Assembly: GCA_049969675.1 (NCBI GenBank)
Contig: JBMFOP010000096.1
Location: 1 to 11,182 of the forward strand
Length of the DNA stretch: 11,182 bases
Source of the DNA: Myxococcota bacterium
Lineage (GTDB): Bacteria; Myxococcota; SpSt-1050
Reading direction: 5' to 3'
Positions 7,018 to 11,182 of this stretch are shown here, in pieces (the first letter of the stretch is position 1; each line of letters begins with the position of its first letter). The notes under the pieces were generated by a model. The model saw only the letters and a program-made list of their open reading frames with translations, searched no databases and was not told the DNA's origin. A program made the translations under genes and the position numbers.

Positions 7018-8748
7018 ATGATTAAGGAATTTTATCAGAGATTTATAATAAGTGCAGTGAGAAGAATCTTCCCTGATCTGAATTTTAGTGAAATAAATAT
7101 GGAGATATTAAAACCGAGAAGACCAGAGTGGGGTGATATATCATCAAATGCACCTCTTGTGCTTTCAAAAAGAGTAGGGAAAAGACCTGATGAAGTTGGG
7201 AAGATTTTGCGTGATACACTTGATTTGATCAATTTGGAATATCAAGGTGAATTTGCAGAGAAGATTGAATTTGTAATGCCAGGTTTTATTAATATCTTTT
7301 TTTCAAAGGGTTTTATTCTAAGAATTTTAGATGAGATATTAAAAAACAGAGAAAGATTTGGATATCGCCCAAAAGGAAATCCCGGTGATAATGGGGGTTA
7401 TCTTATTGAATATGTGAGTGCAAATCCGACCGGCCCATTACATATAGGACATGGTAGGGGTGCCGTACTTGGAGATGTACTATGCAGAATTTTAAGGTCT
7501 CAGGGGTATGATGTATTGAGGGAGTTTTATGTTAACGATGCGGGTGCTCAGGTCAAAAATCTGGTTTTATCTGTAATAGAACGTATGAAAGAGATTGAGG
7601 GGAAGGGTAATGCAGAGATTCCTGAAGACGGCTATAAAGGAGATTATGTAAAGGAGATTGCCAGAAAGATAATAGAAGAGCGCAACATACATTATGAAGA
7701 GGCACTTAAGAACAGTAATATAGTTAGGGATTTTGCTATAGATTATATGCTCTCAGAGATTAAAGCCACATTGAGAAAGCTTGGGGTTGAGTTTGATAGC
7801 TTTTATTTTGAAAGGTCCCTATATGATAAGGGTCTGGTTGATGCCTGTATAGATAAATTTACGAAAGAATCCAAGACCTATGAGAGGGATGGGGCACTAT
7901 TTCTCAGGATGGATGTAGATGAAGATGAGAAGGATAGAGTATTAAAGAAGTCAGACGGATACTATACCTATTTTGCTTCAGATATCGCATATCACAAAGA
8001 GAAGTTTGAACGGGACAACTGCAGATATAAGAAGTTAATTGATATCTGGGGCTCGGATCACCACGGATATATACCTCGTATGAAGAGTGCAATTAAATTA
8101 TTGGGTTATAATCCAGATGATTTTATAGTCATTTTGGTTCAGATGGTAAAGGTTATAAAAGATGGAAGGCCGGTGAAGATGTCCAAGAGAGAAGGAGATT
8201 TTGTAACCCTTGATGAGATTATAGAGAGTGTGGGGAAAGATGCTACGAGGTATACATTTTTGATGCGTAAGAGCGATGCACAGTTAGACTTTGATATTGA
8301 TATACTTAAGAGTCAATCTTTAAATAACCCGGTCTATTATGCACAGTATGGATACGCAAGGATATGTTCTATCTTGAGAAAGGCGAGGGAGGCTGGGATA
8401 GATCTACCTGAAAGTTTTGGAGAGGAGGATTATAGGGGGATTGTGTTAAAAGAAGAGTTGGATATTATTAAGAAGATGGGGGAGTTCCCAGACTTGCTTG
8501 AAAGTATTACAAAATCTCTTGAACCTCACCTGCTTGTGTATTATATTCAGGAACTGCAGGCAATGTTTCATCAGTATTATACAAAATACAAGAGGACAGA
8601 AAAAGTCCTCTCAGAGGATCCAGTTAAACTTAAGGGTAGAATTGCGTTGATTATAGCACTAAAGACTGTGCTGAAGAATGCATTTGAGTTGATGGGTATT
8701 GATGCCCCGGAGAGGATGAACTTGAAAGGAGAGAACGATGAAGAATGA
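7018..8748 (+). CDS. argS: Arginine--tRNA ligase
   Basis: EYVSANPTGPLHIGHGRGAVLGD (HIGH motif), YVNDAG.Q, YFASDIAYH, WGSDHHGY, KMSKR, NPVYYAQY..ARI.SI, C-terminal GIDAPERM. Confidence 0.99.
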   Translation: MIKEFYQRFIISAVRRIFPDLNFSEINMEILKPRRPEWGDISSNAPLVLSKRVGKRPDEVGKILRDTLDLINLEYQGEFAEKIEFVMPGFINIFFSKGFILRILDEILKNRERFGYRPKGNPGDNGGYLIEYVSANPTGPLHIGHGRGAVLGDVLCRILRSQGYDVLREFYVNDAGAQVKNLVLSVIERMKEIEGKGNAEIPEDGYKGDYVKEIARKIIEERNIHYEEALKNSNIVRDFAIDYMLSEIKATLRKLGVEFDSFYFERSLYDKGLVDACIDKFTKESKTYERDGALFLRMDVDEDEKDRVLKKSDGYYTYFASDIAYHKEKFERDNCRYKKLIDIWGSDHHGYIPRMKSAIKLLGYNPDDFIVILVQMVKVIKDGRPVKMSKREGDFVTLDEIIESVGKDATRYTFLMRKSDAQLDFDIDILKSQSLNNPVYYAQYGYARICSILRKAREAGIDLPESFGEEDYRGIVLKEELDIIKKMGEFPDLLESITKSLEPHLLVYYIQELQAMFHQYYTKYKRTEKVLSEDPVKLKGRIALIIALKTVLKNAFELMGIDAPERMNLKGENDEE

Positions 8749-9436
8749 GAGCGTAATTATAGATAAGAAGCAGGTCTTTCTGCTCTTCTTCTCCTCAATC
8801 GTGATTATGATACTTGTCTTTGGAACAGGGGTATTACTCGGCAAAAAATTATCTGGCGTCGCTGTGGACAACACAAAACCTGAAAAGGTAATCAGGGGTG
8901 AGGAGGAGATAAAGAAACCATTATTGACTGTTAATGATACTGGTATTGCTGATATATCGTCTCAGCAGGAAAAAGTGGAAAAGGACATACCGGATAAAAA
9001 AGGGATTGAGATTGCAGAAAATAAGACACCTGATAAGAAGGCTGAAACCAGTAAGGTGGAGACTCCAAAACCGCCCCTTGAGAAAAAGGAGGTAGCCGAG
9101 TCTCCAAAGACAAACGAGAAAGAGAAGAAGGTGGAGAAGGGCAAGGTAGCCCTAAAGTCAGTTTCATCTACGGAAGAGAAAAAGTCTGTTGAGATTGTAG
9201 ATGCAAAGTTTACACTTCAGGTCGGGGCATTCCCAGACCGCTCTCAGGCATTAAAGATAGCGGCGGAATTGGAGAAGAAGGGATATGAAAGCTGGATTCA
9301 GAGGGCAAAGAGCAAGGATAAAGATATATTTAGAGTTAGAATAGGAAAATTTGCAACAAAGCAGGATGCAGAGAAGTTCAAACAACAGTTTGATAAGAAA
9401 GAGAAATATAACTCATTTATTACACCTCTGGAGTAA
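8738..9436 (+). CDS. SPOR-domain peptidoglycan-binding membrane protein (FtsN/DedD-like architecture)
   Basis: N-terminal TM helix, K/E/P-rich linker, C-terminal FTLQVGAF...A..L...GY...FRVRIG.F....AE SPOR motif; overlaps the argS 3' end by 11 nt. Confidence 0.92.
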   Translation: MKNESVIIDKKQVFLLFFSSIVIMILVFGTGVLLGKKLSGVAVDNTKPEKVIRGEEEIKKPLLTVNDTGIADISSQQEKVEKDIPDKKGIEIAENKTPDKKAETSKVETPKPPLEKKEVAESPKTNEKEKKVEKGKVALKSVSSTEEKKSVEIVDAKFTLQVGAFPDRSQALKIAAELEKKGYESWIQRAKSKDKDIFRVRIGKFATKQDAEKFKQQFDKKEKYNSFITPLE

Positions 9437-9439
9437 CCC

Positions 9440-10297
9440 TTGAACAGTAGAATCTTGATTTTTGGTGATGGCCTCCTTGGTGGAGGATTTAAAAAGTATC
9501 TACCTTCAAATTTTGAAAGGACTGTGATTTCACACTCCGAATGTGATATTATGAACATTACAGGTGTCAAAAAGGTAGTTTCAGATTATAATCCAGATAT
9601 CATTATTAATACCGCAGCTATTACGGATGTGGATTATTGTGAGAATCATCAACAGGAGGCATTTGTAGTCAATTCAGGTGGTGCAGGGTATATAGCGTCT
9701 GTGGCAAGAGATAGAGGAATAAAAGTGGTTCACATATCTACAGACTATGTCTTTGATGGTAAAAAGGGAGATAGATACCTTGAAGATGATGAAACAAATC
9801 CACTGAGTATTTATGCAAAGAGTAAGTATGAGGGTGAACAGCTGGTGAGCTTCTCGGGTGCAAATTATCTTATTGTGAGAGTACAGTGGCTATTTGGTGA
9901 GTTTAAGGAGACCTTTATTGATAAGGCGATCAAGAAGATTCTTAATCGAGAGAAGGTAGATGCAATTGTTGACCAGTATGGCTCACCGACTTATGTAAAA
10001 TATATTGTATATGCTATATCAAGGCTCTTAAATACGGATTATAAAGGTATTGTTCATATAGCATCAGAGGGTATATGCTCAAGATATGAACAACTTCTAT
10101 ATATTACAGAACTCTTAAACATTGATAATTCATTAATCAATCCAGTCAAATGGGGTAATCTTAAAAATAGGGCTAAGAGGCCCGAAATCATTGAACTCTC
10201 CAAGGAGAGGCTCTTTAATCTAACAGGTTTTAAGATGCCAGACTGGAGGAAACAGACAGAAGAATATATTTCATTACAATACAGGAGCAAGATATGA
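9440..10297 (+). CDS. rfbD: dTDP-4-dehydrorhamnose reductase (RmlD family SDR)
   Basis: TTG start with GGAG RBS (9430-9433); GDGLLG nucleotide-binding loop, INTAAITDVDYCE, HISTDYVFDG, YAKSK (YxxxK), DQYGSPT, AKRP. Confidence 0.92.
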   Translation: MNSRILIFGDGLLGGGFKKYLPSNFERTVISHSECDIMNITGVKKVVSDYNPDIIINTAAITDVDYCENHQQEAFVVNSGGAGYIASVARDRGIKVVHISTDYVFDGKKGDRYLEDDETNPLSIYAKSKYEGEQLVSFSGANYLIVRVQWLFGEFKETFIDKAIKKILNREKVDAIVDQYGSPTYVKYIVYAISRLLNTDYKGIVHIASEGICSRYEQLLYITELLNIDNSLINPVKWGNLKNRAKRPEIIELSKERLFNLTGFKMPDWRKQTEEYISLQYRSKI

Positions 10298-10650
10298 TTA
10301 CAAAGACTGAAAAACCATGGGGCTATGAACTTTTATGGGCTGAGACGGAGCACTATGTCGGTAAGATTTTACATATAAATAAGGGAGAAAAGCTCAGTCT
10401 GCAATACCATAAAATAAAGGATGAAACCATTATGGTTATCTCGGGTGAGATGAGATTTGAAGTTGAAGAGAATGGGAGGATGGTTTTGTTAATACTGAAA
10501 CCTTATGAACCCTATCATATAAAGCCAATGACCAAACATAGAATGGAGGCAATTACTGATTGTGATGTATTTGAGGTCTCAACTCCACATCTTACTGATG
10601 TTGTAAGATTGGAGGATAAATATGGAAGGGTTGATAAAAACATTACTTGA
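10294..10650 (+). CDS. Stand-alone cupin protein (similar to the type II mannose-6-phosphate isomerase C-terminal domain)
   Basis: ATGA overlap with rfbD; motifs KPWG, LSLQYH..K.E, P.TKHR, EVST, DVVRLED.YGR. Confidence 0.88.
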   Translation: MITKTEKPWGYELLWAETEHYVGKILHINKGEKLSLQYHKIKDETIMVISGEMRFEVEENGRMVLLILKPYEPYHIKPMTKHRMEAITDCDVFEVSTPHLTDVVRLEDKYGRVDKNIT

Positions 10651-10824
10651 TACCCTCCATCTGAATACACCATTTATATACCGGGACCAAAATACAGACA
10701 TACTGAAACCAAGAATAATTGACTGTTCAAAGGTCTCACATCTGTCCAAAATAATTTTTTTTCTAATATGAAAGTCTGAAAGATTTTGAAATTTAAAGAG
10801 GGTGCTTTCTATCAATAAGCACGC

Positions 10825-11002
10825 ATTCCCCTTCAATGAAGGGGTGGACGCCATAGGCGGACGGGGTAGTCTAAGACACCCCTCTAAACACCCCTGACCA
10901 TCTCAAAGAGGGGAAGAGGGAACACCCCGTCTACTTACGCAGACACCCCTCTACAAGAGGGGAATTAAACACCCCATCCTTTCGGACAAACCTTTAAAAG
11001 AG
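10825..11002. repeat. Cluster of GC-rich REP-like palindromic repeats (one inverted unit plus about four direct, partly degenerate units)
   Basis: Common form ACACCCC-(short hairpin)-CACCCCTCT..AGAGGGGAA. Fullest direct unit 10921-10965; inverted unit 10825-10870 with hairpins CCCCTTC-AAT-GAAGGGG and CGCC-ATA-GGCG; exact 13-mer AGACACCCCTCTA at 10874-10886 and 10941-10953. Confidence 0.8.
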
Positions 11003-11069
11003 ACGAGTGAAAAGGTCAAAGAAATTGAAGATAGATTGACCAATTCATCATATTATTATCTTTTTGAAT

Positions 11070-11098
11070 TTGACTTATTTATACCCATATGAGATATT
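11070..11098 (+). promoter_or_regulatory. Possible sigma70 promoter for the right-edge gene
   Basis: TTGACT (11070-11075), 17-bp spacer, GATATT (11093-11098) with a TGn extension; about 25 nt upstream of ATG 11123. Confidence 0.4.
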
Positions 11099-11122
11099 TA
11101 CAGAAGGCTCAGAGGTAAATAG

Positions 11123-11182
11123 ATGAAGAAACTCCCTATTGCAATCCAGAGTTTTAAGAAGATCAGGTCTGATGACTATATC
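11123..11182 (+). CDS. Partial CDS (first 20 aa); probable AAA-ATPase_like protein, a family usually fused to a C-terminal PD-(D/E)XK nuclease domain
   Basis: Not in the ORF track. GAGGT RBS (11112-11116); MKKLPIAIQSFKKIRSDDYI matches the characteristic N-terminus MKKLPIGIQxFxxIRxxxYxYVDKT of that family. Confidence 0.8.
   Translation, partial: MKKLPIAIQSFKKIRSDDYI

Noticed and set aside
7035..10290. Short minus-strand ORFs within argS, the SPOR gene and rfbD
   Set aside because: Antisense to confidently identified genes; no independent support.
10579..10854. 91-aa minus-strand ORF
   Set aside because: Starts inside the palindromic repeat, overlaps the cupin gene antisense, no RBS or recognisable motif.
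10825..11002. Repeat cluster as a CRISPR array
   Set aside because: Units are degenerate, of unequal length and mixed orientation, lack regular unique spacers, and no cas genes are visible.

Overview
AT-rich bacterial chromosomal segment, mostly housekeeping and cell-envelope genes. Left to right: (i) 5' end of a probable restriction-modification gene running off the left edge, just downstream of a tRNA-Asn(GTT) on the minus strand; (ii) a plus-strand pair encoding a secreted two-Cys protein (possibly TonB-C/AgmX-PglI-like) and a TolB-like beta-propeller lipoprotein on an acidic linker; (iii) a minus-strand three-gene unit with a near-consensus sigma70 promoter, encoding a 79-aa membrane protein, a 1015-aa lipoprotein (six ASH/choice-of-anchor-D Ig-like repeats, a carboxypeptidase-regulatory-like domain and a GATase-like tip) and an MBL-fold metallohydrolase; (iv) a tightly coupled argS - SPOR protein - rfbD - cupin run; (v) a cluster of GC-rich REP-like palindromic repeats; (vi) the first 20 codons of an AAA-ATPase-like/PD-(D/E)XK family gene. 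The envelope proteins look Myxococcota/deltaproteobacterial in style despite the low GC (inference). I cannot demonstrate a new biological system from this window alone. The best candidates are the ASH-stalk lipoprotein operon, the TonB-C-like/TolB-like pair and the palindromic repeat cluster. All family assignments are from motif recognition by eye, not database searches.
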